The notes below the pieces were generated by a model. The model was given only the letters and a program-made list of their open reading frames with translations, made no database searches and was not told the DNA's origin. From positions 83,135-147,134 of the forward strand of contig DASXDM010000016.1 of the NCBI GenBank assembly GCA_036490655.1: a stretch of 64,000 nucleotides of DNA, written 5' to 3'. The position numbers and the translations under genes were made by a program. The DNA is from Verrucomicrobiia bacterium (lineage in GTDB: Bacteria; Verrucomicrobiota; Verrucomicrobiia; Limisphaerales; UBA11358). This document shows, piece by piece, positions 1 through 9,286 of this stretch (position 1 is its first letter; the number at the start of each line of letters is the position of its first letter).

Positions 1-228
1 GAGGCCGAGGCGGATTTTTGGTCGGAGAACCGGCCGGCGCTGCGACTGATGGAAGGGGCCATGTCGGGCAGCACGGAGAGTTCCGAGTCGGTCACGATCA
101 CTTTGCGGATCGATCCGCGGATGCTGGCGCGGATCAAGCGGCTCGCGCGGTCGCGGTACCTGAATTATCAAAGCATGATCAAGCAGTGGTTGAGTGAGCG
201 GATGGAAGACGAATTGAGAGAAAAATGA
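1..228 (+). CDS. C-terminal part of a ribbon-helix-helix (CopG/BrnA-like) antitoxin; 5' end lies outside the window
   Basis: Frame-1 ORF is open from base 1 to TGA 226-228. Translation ...VTITLRIDPRMLARIKRLARSRYLNYQSMIKQWLSERMEDELREK has the strand-helix-helix pattern and the YQSxIKxWL tail typical of CopG-type antitoxins. Confidence 0.5.
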   Translation, partial: EAEADFWSENRPALRLMEGAMSGSTESSESVTITLRIDPRMLARIKRLARSRYLNYQSMIKQWLSERMEDELREK

Positions 229-947
229 ACATGAACATCGAAACGCCAGCGACCGGCTTCGGGCCAGGAAAAAAATCAGCGGGCCTCCGGAATATTTCCG
301 CGTTCACCCTCGTTGAACTGCTCGTGGTGATCTCCATCATCGGCATCCTCGCGGCGTTTATCCTGGCAGTGACCGGCGGGGTCAAAAAAACAGAATACGT
401 CAGCACCGCCACCGCCGAGATGAATAAAATTAAAGCAGCCCTCGAAGCTTACAAACAACAATATGGTTTCTATCCGCCGATGGGTAATAATTGTCTGATC
501 AACCCTCTTTACGCCGAACTGGCGGGCACGACCAATGTCAGCCAGACCGGAACTCCAGCTTTCAGCACTTTGGACGGCAACATGCAGGGGCTTGGTCCCG
601 GGATGTTTGGAATGAGCGGGTTCGTCAATTGCAGCAAATCCGGAGCCGGCGGCGAGAATTCAGCGGTGGCCAGGGATTTTATCGGTGAATTGAAGCCTGC
701 CCAGATCTATGTGATAACCAACAGCGCCGGGACCAATGGAATGCTGGTGTATTCCTTAGGCGGGCCGAACATCAACTATGCGCCCGTCGCGACCAATTTG
801 CCAGGGATCAATCCGTGGCGCTATGCCTATCCCGGGACGAACAATCCCAATTCCTATGATCTGTGGGTGCAACTCGAGATCAACAACCAAACCAACCTGG
901 TCTGCAATTGGAGCAGCAAAGTGCAGGTTGGCGCTCCCTATCCATGA
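225..947 (+). CDS. Prepilin-type N-terminal cleavage/methylation domain protein, GspG-like pseudopilin
   Basis: Leader then AFTLVELLVVISIIGILAAFIL with Glu at +5. Downstream motif EMNKIKAALEAYKQQYGFYPP resembles the GspG helix. First gene of a same-strand pseudopilin cluster. Confidence 0.85.
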   Translation: MNMNIETPATGFGPGKKSAGLRNISAFTLVELLVVISIIGILAAFILAVTGGVKKTEYVSTATAEMNKIKAALEAYKQQYGFYPPMGNNCLINPLYAELAGTTNVSQTGTPAFSTLDGNMQGLGPGMFGMSGFVNCSKSGAGGENSAVARDFIGELKPAQIYVITNSAGTNGMLVYSLGGPNINYAPVATNLPGINPWRYAYPGTNNPNSYDLWVQLEINNQTNLVCNWSSKVQVGAPYP

Positions 948-1141
948 AAGATATCGCCACAACTTTTAGAGACGGCCCGCGCGCGGTGCCGGTGGAGTGG
1001 AGCGATTGCGCCTGGCGCCCGCGCATCACAAAGCTGCCAGTCGAACGTCTCGGATGGAGGGTTTCTCAAATCTCTCAACGGAAGTGCCTGACCTCCCCCC
1101 TCAACCTACAGCCGCGCCGCAATACGATCTATTTCAAAGCC

Positions 1142-1984
1142 ATGAAAACCAACCTGCCTTCCTCGCGCCGGTCCCGTTCCGGTTTCACCCTTGTAGAACT
1201 GCTGACGGTGATCGGCATCATCGCCATTTTGGCGGCGCTGCTATTGCCGGTGCTCAATGCTGCCCAGCAGCACGGGCGGATCACCCAGGCCAAGGCTGAA
1301 GAATCGCAACTCGTCAGTGCCATCCAGAAATATGATTCGGATTACGGACGGTTCCCCCTTTCCACCAACGCGCAAGTGGTGGCGGCGACCGCCGGAGGCC
1401 AAAAAGGCGATTTTACGTATGGGGGAATATTTTTTGATGAAAACTTTGCTCCTACGGCCATCGGCACGACGGTGGCAAGCGCAGCAACGAAAGTCCTTAC
1501 TAATAACGAAGTCATGGCCATATTGATGGACAATACCAATTGGGCGCCGGATGCCTCCACGGGCATCCCCGTCAATGCCAATTACACCAAGAACCCGCAA
1601 CAGAATATCTATCTGGGGAGCGTGAAACTTTCCGGCTATGACCCCGCCAATCCCTCGGCCACGCCGGTCGGGGGCATGGATGTCTATGGCAATTATCGCG
1701 ACCCGTGGGGCAGGCCGTATGTCATCACAATGGGAACAAGTTATCGTGAACCGCCATTGTGCAACGATTGGCTTTATCAGAAACAAGCCGTCTCTCAAAT
1801 TGGCGGCACCGGCGTGCAGGGTTACAATGGATTGTCCAATCCGGATTCGGGCGGTAACACGCCTAATTTTCAATATCACGGGGACGTGATGGTTTGGTCG
1901 GCGGGCCCGAATCCCGGCATGGTGGATGTCGGTGACCCGGCGACTGACGCCCAGAATAAGGGGCATATTTTAAGCTGGCAGTGA
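1142..1984 (+). CDS. Prepilin-type pseudopilin, second GspG-like paralogue
   Basis: MKTNLPSSRRSRSGFTLVELLTVIGIIAILAALLLPVL with canonical G-1/F+1/E+5. Also ITQAKAEESQLVSAIQKYDSDYGRFP and C-terminal DPWGRPYVI...VWSAGPN. Start moved from the track's 863 to the ATG at 1142 to give a normal-length leader. Confidence 0.8.
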   Translation: MKTNLPSSRRSRSGFTLVELLTVIGIIAILAALLLPVLNAAQQHGRITQAKAEESQLVSAIQKYDSDYGRFPLSTNAQVVAATAGGQKGDFTYGGIFFDENFAPTAIGTTVASAATKVLTNNEVMAILMDNTNWAPDASTGIPVNANYTKNPQQNIYLGSVKLSGYDPANPSATPVGGMDVYGNYRDPWGRPYVITMGTSYREPPLCNDWLYQKQAVSQIGGTGVQGYNGLSNPDSGGNTPNFQYHGDVMVWSAGPNPGMVDVGDPATDAQNKGHILSWQ

Positions 1985-2008
1985 GATGTTTTTTGAAAGC
2001 GTGAAGTT

Positions 2009-2914
2009 GTGAAGATGAATTGCCGATTGCCGATCGCAGGTAGCCGATGGTCTGAATCAAAGGACAGACGGCGCGCATGGAGTGACGCGCCCTACCATAA
2101 CGCCCGCCCTGCGTCCGCCTTCACCCTCCTGGAACTGCTGGCGGTCATCGCCATCCTGGGCATCATCGGCGCGCTCACGGTCCCCGCACTGAAAAATTTC
2201 GGCAAGTCGGACGCCTCCCTCACTGCCGCGCAACAGATCTTGCGGGACGTCGCCCGCGCGCGCCAGCTCGCCATCGCCGACCGCACCACCATCTATATGG
2301 TTTTTGTGCCGATGAATTTTTGGACGAACACGGCATGGTCAAACGCCATGACTCCGCAGCAACTGATCGTGGTCTCGAACCTGTGCGATGACCAGTTGAG
2401 CGGTTATAATTTTGTGGCTTATGGCGCGCTGGGCGACCAGCCGGGCAAACATCAATGGCATTACCTGGGCCCCTGGCAAAACCTGCCGCAGGGAAATTTC
2501 ATTGCCACCTGGAAATTCACGAACTCCCAGGCCCTTACTTTCACCGATCCGTTCAACAACCAAAATACGTTCAACATCAATCCGTTCAGCTACACGAACG
2601 TGATTCCGTTCCCTTCGGAGTCTGCGACCAACGCCCCAACGCAGCCCTGGCTGCCTTATCTCGAATTTAATTATCTTGGCCAGTTGGTCTTGCCCCAATA
2701 TGCGGACCAGGATTATGCCGGCAGCGGCATTGATATTCCCCTGGACAAGGGCACGGTGTTGGCGGCAGTGAATCCGGCCACCAAGGCGTTTGTATTCGAT
2801 ACCGCGCAAATCATCGAGACGCCTCCCGGCAACAGCACCAATATCCAATACAGCGTCCTCCATATCGACCCGCTGACGGGCCGCGGCACCCTGCTCTTCC
2901 ACCCGATCCAATGA
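2009..2914 (+). CDS. Prepilin-type pseudopilin (GspH-like by position)
   Basis: ASAFTLLELLAVIAILGIIGALTVPAL N-terminal methylation motif. Its stop overlaps the next start (ATGA at 2911-2914). Confidence 0.8.
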   Translation: MKMNCRLPIAGSRWSESKDRRRAWSDAPYHNARPASAFTLLELLAVIAILGIIGALTVPALKNFGKSDASLTAAQQILRDVARARQLAIADRTTIYMVFVPMNFWTNTAWSNAMTPQQLIVVSNLCDDQLSGYNFVAYGALGDQPGKHQWHYLGPWQNLPQGNFIATWKFTNSQALTFTDPFNNQNTFNINPFSYTNVIPFPSESATNAPTQPWLPYLEFNYLGQLVLPQYADQDYAGSGIDIPLDKGTVLAAVNPATKAFVFDTAQIIETPPGNSTNIQYSVLHIDPLTGRGTLLFHPIQ

Positions 2915-3780
2915 AAATGCGCCTGAACATCAAAGGAAGTGAGCGCCAGGGCTCGACGGAGTGTCGCGCCGCCATCGGATTTGGCGTCGCCAGTGGTTTT
3001 ACGATGATCGAGATCGCCATCAGCCTGGCCGTGATCGGGATTGCGCTGGTGGCCATCATTGGCGTGCTGCCCATCGGCATGCGCACCCAGCAGGACAACC
3101 GGCAGGAGACCATCATCAACCAGGACGCGACCATCCTGCTGGAAGACATCCGCAACGGCGTGAGAAGCGCGGATGACCTGACGAATTACGTTTACGCCAT
3201 CACGAATTATTGGACTTTCTATAATGGCAACACGACCAACTCCGGTGTGAACGGCTATACTTTTTCGAACACATATGCCAGCCCCTCGATTCCACCATTT
3301 CCAACGTTGCAACCCCTCACCAACGGCATCAATATCATCGGCCTGTTGAGCATGCCGGAATATGAGGACAATAATGGTTACCCGATTCTCAATTGGACCA
3401 ATTCCGGTTTCAGCAATCACGTCGTTGCCTACATCTCTTCCATCAGCGGACCCGCAGTGGAAAAGCCGCCGCAACCCACCGACAGCCTGGTGCGCCAATC
3501 TGCTTTCGGTTACCGGCTGATTTGTGAAACGGTGGCGGTGCCGTTAAGCACGCCCGATGCTTCTGTGTCGTCCGCTTTACAGAATAATTTGTATGAATTG
3601 CGGTTGTTTTTCCGCTGGCCGCAGCAGCCCAGCGGCAGCCTGGGGCCGGGCGCCCAAAGTTTTCGCACGATGATCGCCGGCCGGCTGCTTAAGGATCGCC
3701 TTCAGCCAAACCTGTTTTTCTTTCAGTCGCAATCGTTCACCAATGCTGTCGTCGCGGCACAACAAGGGCCGCTACCGTAA
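2911..3780 (+). CDS. Prepilin-type pseudopilin (GspI-like by position)
   Basis: ASGFTMIEIAISLAVIGIALVAIIGVLP motif. Overlaps its neighbours (ATGA upstream, TAATG downstream). Confidence 0.75.
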   Translation: MKMRLNIKGSERQGSTECRAAIGFGVASGFTMIEIAISLAVIGIALVAIIGVLPIGMRTQQDNRQETIINQDATILLEDIRNGVRSADDLTNYVYAITNYWTFYNGNTTNSGVNGYTFSNTYASPSIPPFPTLQPLTNGINIIGLLSMPEYEDNNGYPILNWTNSGFSNHVVAYISSISGPAVEKPPQPTDSLVRQSAFGYRLICETVAVPLSTPDASVSSALQNNLYELRLFFRWPQQPSGSLGPGAQSFRTMIAGRLLKDRLQPNLFFFQSQSFTNAVVAAQQGPLP

Positions 3781-4796
3781 TGAGAACTATCTCGCATATA
3801 AACAGGCGCGGGGAAACGACTCCTGCGGGAAAGATCGAAGGAAGGCAAATCCGGGGTTCGACGGCATTTCGCGCCACCAGGGCCTTCACGCTCGTTGAAG
3901 TCATCGTGGTGATGGGGTTGCTGCTCCTGATCGTGACGGCGTTGATGGCGGTGTTCAGCAATACGCAGCGGGCGTTCCGCTCCAGCATCACCCAATCCGA
4001 CATCCTCGAAAACGGCCGCGCCACCATGGAGATGATCGCCCAGGATTTGCGCGGGATGACTCCGTCCTATGGTTATTCCGAGGGCACCAATAATGCGTTG
4101 TTATTGGCCAACGACAATTGTGCCGTTAATTTTTTCGCGACGAACAATTCCATTTTTTATGCGCCGTTAACCCAGCAGTTGATCGGCGCCGACAATGGCG
4201 CCCAGCATACCAATCTGCTGGAATATTTCTTCATTCTGGGCCGGCAGAACACCAGTTGGATCGGGACTGGCTATATCGTCAACACTTATACTGCCAGCAG
4301 CAGTTCTCTCTACCCGCTGTACCGCTTTACCGCCCAGACAAACATCGAAAACAACCCCCTGGGCTTGTTCTATGATTTTCAAAGAGAGATCGTTTCGGAC
4401 CAATGGACCAACATGAGCCATCTCATGGATGGCGTAGTAGGTCTCACCGTCCGCGCTTTTGACACCAATGGCGTTTGGCTCACCAACGGTTATAATTTTA
4501 GTTTAGGCCAGTCGAACGTCTTGAAAAACACGTGGTTCACCCCGCCGTATCCCGGTCCGGGCGGCGAGGTCGGTTTTACGTTCTACAGTAATGCGGTGCC
4601 TGCCAGCGTGCAGATCGAGATGGCCACCCTGGAAGACCGTACCCTGCAGCGCGCCGAATCTTTGGGCATCTCCACCCTTTCGGATTATACGAATGTGCCG
4701 GCGCTATGGAATTACCTCTCCGGTCATGCCAATGCCGTCCACATTTTCCGCCAGCGCGTATCCATTTCGCTGGTCGACCCAACCGCTTATCAATGA
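3780..4796 (+). CDS. Prepilin-type pseudopilin (GspJ/PulJ-like by position)
   Basis: TRAFTLVEVIVVMGLLLLIVTALMAVFS motif. ATGA overlap with the following gene at 4793-4796. Confidence 0.75.
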   Translation: MRTISHINRRGETTPAGKIEGRQIRGSTAFRATRAFTLVEVIVVMGLLLLIVTALMAVFSNTQRAFRSSITQSDILENGRATMEMIAQDLRGMTPSYGYSEGTNNALLLANDNCAVNFFATNNSIFYAPLTQQLIGADNGAQHTNLLEYFFILGRQNTSWIGTGYIVNTYTASSSSLYPLYRFTAQTNIENNPLGLFYDFQREIVSDQWTNMSHLMDGVVGLTVRAFDTNGVWLTNGYNFSLGQSNVLKNTWFTPPYPGPGGEVGFTFYSNAVPASVQIEMATLEDRTLQRAESLGISTLSDYTNVPALWNYLSGHANAVHIFRQRVSISLVDPTAYQ

Positions 4797-7700
4797 AACT
4801 GACCTTGCCGAACGCCGAACGCCGAACGCCGATTTGTAAAAAACCGGCGGCATCTGCTGCATTCATCCGTCGTTCCGAGCGCGGGATTGCGCTGATCATC
4901 ACCCTGATTTTGCTCTCGGTGACGCTGGTCATGGCGGTAGCCTTCCTGGCCATCAGCAATCGCGAACGCGCTTCGGTGACCACCACGACGGATACGGCCA
5001 ATTCGCGGTTTGCCACCGATGCCGCTCTCTCCAGCGCCGAGGCGCAGATCGTTGCCAATGCGTTGGCCGGCGGCTTCAATGCCGCGGAAACGCCCGTCGC
5101 CAACCCTTACAACTTCGGCCTGCTCGTCTCCACCAATTATTTCAACGTGAATGGTTTTAATCCCAAAGACACGACCAATGACCCGGTCAATGTGAATTAT
5201 TATTATACGAGTGATAATACCGCGTATAATCAACAGGACTTTTTGCAAAACCTGGCCAATCTCTATTACCTCCCGCGCGTGCCGTTATATGTCCCGCAAA
5301 ATGGCACGAACGATTTCCGCTTCTACCTCGACTTGAACCGCAACGGGCAATTTGAAGACAGCGGGTGGGTGCCGGTTGTGACATTGAATGCCCAGGGCAA
5401 ACCCCAAACTAATACGATCAATGGAAATACTGAGTTCACCTTCGCGATGGGTGATCCACAATGGATCGGCCTCCTCGAACATCCCGGCCAGCCTTACGGG
5501 CCGAACAATAAATTCATCGCGCGTTTTGCGTTCATCGCCGTGCCTATCGGCAGCTCACTGGATCTGAATTCGATCCATAATCAAACACAGAACCAGCCAT
5601 TAGATATAACGGAGGATGGATATTTCAGAAATCAGGGCGTGGGCACCTGGGAAATTAATCTCGCCGCCTTCCTGTCGGATTTGAACACCAACCAATGGGC
5701 TCCATTGACAGGTCCTGGTGTTTATAATTATGAGCGGCCTTTCAATGTCACCTTTCCCAATTCCGGCTATGCTTTTGCCGATGCTTTTTCATTGGTAGAT
5801 TACCGGTATTCCACCATTTATAATTCGCTGGCCTCAGCCAGCAATCTGTTCAGCCCCAACAGCCTCAACTTCACCAACTATTTTGCCATCGGAAATGTTG
5901 ACGGTTATAGCGATCTGCCATTGCAAACGAATTTTGATACGAATTATAATTATTCTATTGTTAAACAAAATGTTGCCGCGTCCTGGGCAGGTGCCGACAA
6001 TACCAATCATTTCTTCGATCTGCCTTCCGACCTCTTTGATCCTGCAAAAACACTTGACGGTGTTTCCGCTCTGGCAATCTCAGGTGGAAATGATTTCCCG
6101 GCGCGATTACTGAATGCCGGTACGAACAGTAATGCCACCTACGATCGCTATACTTTCTACCGGATGCTGTCGCAGTTGAGTACTGATTCCTCCCCCGAAA
6201 CCGGCCCGGGGAATACGGCCTTGATGAATCTGAATTACGACAACATCGATTATACCAACAATTCAGCCAGCCAGACGAATTTCATGTCCTGGACGCCCAT
6301 CGCCTTCTTCACCAATGCCGCCGACCGGATGTTGAAGATGTACACGGCGCAATGGATGACGGCTTACACCAACGTGGTCACCCCCACTTCGACCAATATC
6401 TATCCGATCTTGAACACAAATTATGTGGTCGCGTTCAACATGACCAACATCTTTGGCATCACGAACATCCCGGTCCTGGTCAGCAACCGGCTTGTTTACA
6501 CGCCTGCGGTCAATCGCGTGCTGCAACTGGCGGCCAACTTGTATGATGCCACGACGACGAATTATTATCCCTCGGTTTTCCGCCCGCTGTTTTTGGTGAC
6601 CAACCAAAACGGTTTCTACAATGTCTTCATCACCGGATATACCAATATCGCTTATGTCACTGGCACGAATGATCCGCAACTGGATCCGCCGGTGGATTTG
6701 GCGTCCATCCTTCTTCCGACGCCGGACCCGGCCATCCTTCTCGCCGGCCCAAATCTGGCGACGAATATTTACGGCATACCATGGATCATCGGCGCCAAAA
6801 AAGGATTCCCCAGCTTCAACGAATTTGTCGGGGAAAACATGGTGGGCATGACCCGGCGCTTGCAATTCGTGCGGGACGTCACTGGCGCCACCGTTAACAA
6901 AACCATCCCCATCCAGCAAACCAACCAGATGTATATGGTCAGCGTGAACACCTCGGGCGGACTGGATTTCTGGAATTCCTACACCAACCGGCTCAACGAT
7001 ATCGTGACCGTGAATTACCGTGTGGTCACTTTTCTGTCGCTCACCAATAGCGATGCGAGTGTTGCGGGCGACGCCGGCGGGCAAGTTCCCAGCCAGCCAA
7101 CGACGTTGGGATATTTCAGCTCAGGTTCCACTTCATTTTCTGCGTGGCCCAGTTCCGCGCCATGGATCGGAGGCCAGCCGAACACCAATTCATTTTATGT
7201 TCCATTGAATTTTATCGCGTTTATAAATCTGTCGAACTCGGTCTATCGCACGCCGAATGCAGGGATGACGCCGGGCGCCATGCCGCCGGGTTATCCTTAT
7301 GGGCCTCCCGCTTTAGTTTCAACAAATTATTTTGATAATGGAGCACCGATAACGGCGGTTTTTGAAAACAATCGGCCCGTCGGCCAGCCATTTTATTCTG
7401 TGCCACAATGGGGTCTGCTGTCGACGAATGCCATGCAGGTGTACATTCTGGACCGGGATTCCGGAGGAACGAACCATGTGATCGACTATGTCCATATGGA
7501 ACAGTCGGGAAGCCAAAATCTTAATAGTGAAATTTTCAGTGATGATACGAGTGGTGTTTGGAACACCAATATAAATCCAAAATACGCCATACCGTGGGGC
7601 ATCGATAATCAAATTCTAATTTCAGAAGGCTTGGTAAATGTTCAGTCAGAAGACGGTAATTGGCAGGCCGATCCGGAAGCTGCCACGTATAGCAGTTCGA

Positions 7701-9061
7701 TACCGGTACAACAGGCCGATTTTCAGGCATTTTTCCATCCGTATGGATCAGTTGTATATTTCAACGGAGTCCAGGGATCCAATTTTGAGGCAACCGCCCA
7801 GGCTCCATATGCACCGACCCGTTACGCGGTGGGGTATACCGCCCTGGAGGCCAACGATCCCTTGGTCCATTATCTGGCCAGTGATCTGTCACTTTCCTTC
7901 CAGACAAATATCCAAAATGTATACAACAACGACATCACCAATGTTCCACCGCCTGCCGCCCAGCCGTTCACGATCGGCCAATTGAATTATAATTTCCAAC
8001 CCTGGGGGGGGAATCCTTATAACAGGCTGAATTCAAATCCACAGACGTGGGCCCAAACGGAGCCAAACGCCTATGATCTCTCGGAACGGGACCCGATGAC
8101 GGTTGGACCGGATAACTGGGATTTTCCGACGAACAAACTTCCCACGATTGGCTGGATCGGTCGCGTCCATCGCGGGACGCCCTGGCAAACAGTTTATATG
8201 AAATCGCCGGACGTATTGAAGGAAGCTTTTACCGTCGGGAACACACCCTACGTCGGCCAAAATATCTGGGCGCGTTGGACAGGCGACACCACCTTCCTGC
8301 CGATCGGCCAAAGCGGCGAGTTCTTTGATGCGGTGAATTCTTCGCCCGTATGGGACCGGATGTTGTTCGACCTGTTCACGACAGGGATCAATGACAACGC
8401 CACACGCGGCCAGCTCTCTGTGAATCAATCCGCCGATCAATATGATCCGGTGGCCAATCCCACCGCCGGCCTGGCTGGCTGGTCGGCCGTATTGAGTGGC
8501 ATGGTGGTTCCACCCCCGATGGGTTCCACCAACAACTATTCGGTCATCAATCCAGCCGGTGCCTTGGGCACCAATTCTGCGCTCGGCAACCTGGTGATGA
8601 ATATCAATTCCAATCGCAATGTATTCGTTAACTTTGATGGGCTGCTCGGGAGCTTCGAGCACAAGGGCGATATCCTCTCCACGCCGGCGCTCACGTACCA
8701 ATCGCCATGGCTGAACTTGACCCAGTCGAATAACGCCGATTCTTTTAACAACGATGAAATGTACGAATGGCTGCCGCAGCAGATGATGTCGCTCGTGCGC
8801 AACACCGGCGCGCCACGCTATGTCATCTATGCCTACGGCCAGACGCTCAAGCCGGCCCCCAACGGCATTTATACCGGCAGCGCCACGCTGGCCAACGGGC
8901 AATCCGCCTTTGGCATGATCACCAATTACCAGGTCACGGCTGAATCGGCCACGCGCGCGGTCATCCGCATTGATAATCTTACGGATACCTATGGCCATCC
9001 GTTGACGAATGCGCAGCCGCATGCGGTGATTGAAAGCATTAACGTGCTGCCGCCGGATTGA
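4793..9061 (+). CDS. Giant (1,422 aa) GspK-like pseudopilin / pilus-tip protein
   Basis: N-terminus RSERGIALIITLILLSVTLVMAVAFLAISNRERA is a hydrophobic pseudopilin-type helix without Glu+5, as in GspK. It is the last gene of the translationally coupled G-H-I-J-K order. The rest is N/T/Y-rich with no motif I recognise. Start set at the ATG at 4793, not the track's 4706. Confidence 0.65.
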   Translation: MKLTLPNAERRTPICKKPAASAAFIRRSERGIALIITLILLSVTLVMAVAFLAISNRERASVTTTTDTANSRFATDAALSSAEAQIVANALAGGFNAAETPVANPYNFGLLVSTNYFNVNGFNPKDTTNDPVNVNYYYTSDNTAYNQQDFLQNLANLYYLPRVPLYVPQNGTNDFRFYLDLNRNGQFEDSGWVPVVTLNAQGKPQTNTINGNTEFTFAMGDPQWIGLLEHPGQPYGPNNKFIARFAFIAVPIGSSLDLNSIHNQTQNQPLDITEDGYFRNQGVGTWEINLAAFLSDLNTNQWAPLTGPGVYNYERPFNVTFPNSGYAFADAFSLVDYRYSTIYNSLASASNLFSPNSLNFTNYFAIGNVDGYSDLPLQTNFDTNYNYSIVKQNVAASWAGADNTNHFFDLPSDLFDPAKTLDGVSALAISGGNDFPARLLNAGTNSNATYDRYTFYRMLSQLSTDSSPETGPGNTALMNLNYDNIDYTNNSASQTNFMSWTPIAFFTNAADRMLKMYTAQWMTAYTNVVTPTSTNIYPILNTNYVVAFNMTNIFGITNIPVLVSNRLVYTPAVNRVLQLAANLYDATTTNYYPSVFRPLFLVTNQNGFYNVFITGYTNIAYVTGTNDPQLDPPVDLASILLPTPDPAILLAGPNLATNIYGIPWIIGAKKGFPSFNEFVGENMVGMTRRLQFVRDVTGATVNKTIPIQQTNQMYMVSVNTSGGLDFWNSYTNRLNDIVTVNYRVVTFLSLTNSDASVAGDAGGQVPSQPTTLGYFSSGSTSFSAWPSSAPWIGGQPNTNSFYVPLNFIAFINLSNSVYRTPNAGMTPGAMPPGYPYGPPALVSTNYFDNGAPITAVFENNRPVGQPFYSVPQWGLLSTNAMQVYILDRDSGGTNHVIDYVHMEQSGSQNLNSEIFSDDTSGVWNTNINPKYAIPWGIDNQILISEGLVNVQSEDGNWQADPEAATYSSSIPVQQADFQAFFHPYGSVVYFNGVQGSNFEATAQAPYAPTRYAVGYTALEANDPLVHYLASDLSLSFQTNIQNVYNNDITNVPPPAAQPFTIGQLNYNFQPWGGNPYNRLNSNPQTWAQTEPNAYDLSERDPMTVGPDNWDFPTNKLPTIGWIGRVHRGTPWQTVYMKSPDVLKEAFTVGNTPYVGQNIWARWTGDTTFLPIGQSGEFFDAVNSSPVWDRMLFDLFTTGINDNATRGQLSVNQSADQYDPVANPTAGLAGWSAVLSGMVVPPPMGSTNNYSVINPAGALGTNSALGNLVMNINSNRNVFVNFDGLLGSFEHKGDILSTPALTYQSPWLNLTQSNNADSFNNDEMYEWLPQQMMSLVRNTGAPRYVIYAYGQTLKPAPNGIYTGSATLANGQSAFGMITNYQVTAESATRAVIRIDNLTDTYGHPLTNAQPHAVIESINVLPPD

Positions 9062-9066
9062 TTTTA

Positions 9067-9100
9067 CGGCGGGGCAGGCATTTTGCCCGCCGGGTTTGTG
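9067..9100 (+). terminator. Weak hairpin plus T-rich tail after the GspK-like gene
   Basis: CGGCGGG(9067-9073)...CCCGCCG(9087-9093), a 7-bp stem with a 13-nt loop, followed by GGTTTGTG. Confidence 0.3.
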
Positions 9101-9286
9101 TAATAATCTGCCTGCATTGGCATGAATTTTGATAGTGATCGATAACTGACAGAACACAGCAGCGATGAAAGCGGCCTGTAGCCGCTGGCGGCAGCATTGG
9201 GTGGAGGGGGGAGGGCTGCCGGGATTGGACTGCTAAGTGTTCTGACATTTGGATGAAACTGTGATAGATTTTGAGTCATTTGACCT

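Noticed and set aside
863-1141. Longer N-terminal extension of the second pseudopilin, including an ATG at 944 that overlaps the upstream stop as ATGA
   Set aside because: It would place 66-93 residues before the cleavage motif, far longer than normal prepilin leaders. The ATG at 1142 gives a standard leader. The 944 start cannot be fully excluded.
4706-4792. Track start of the GspK-like ORF at 4706
   Set aside because: It overlaps the preceding gene by 90 nt. The ATG at 4793 forms an ATGA junction like the other genes of the operon.
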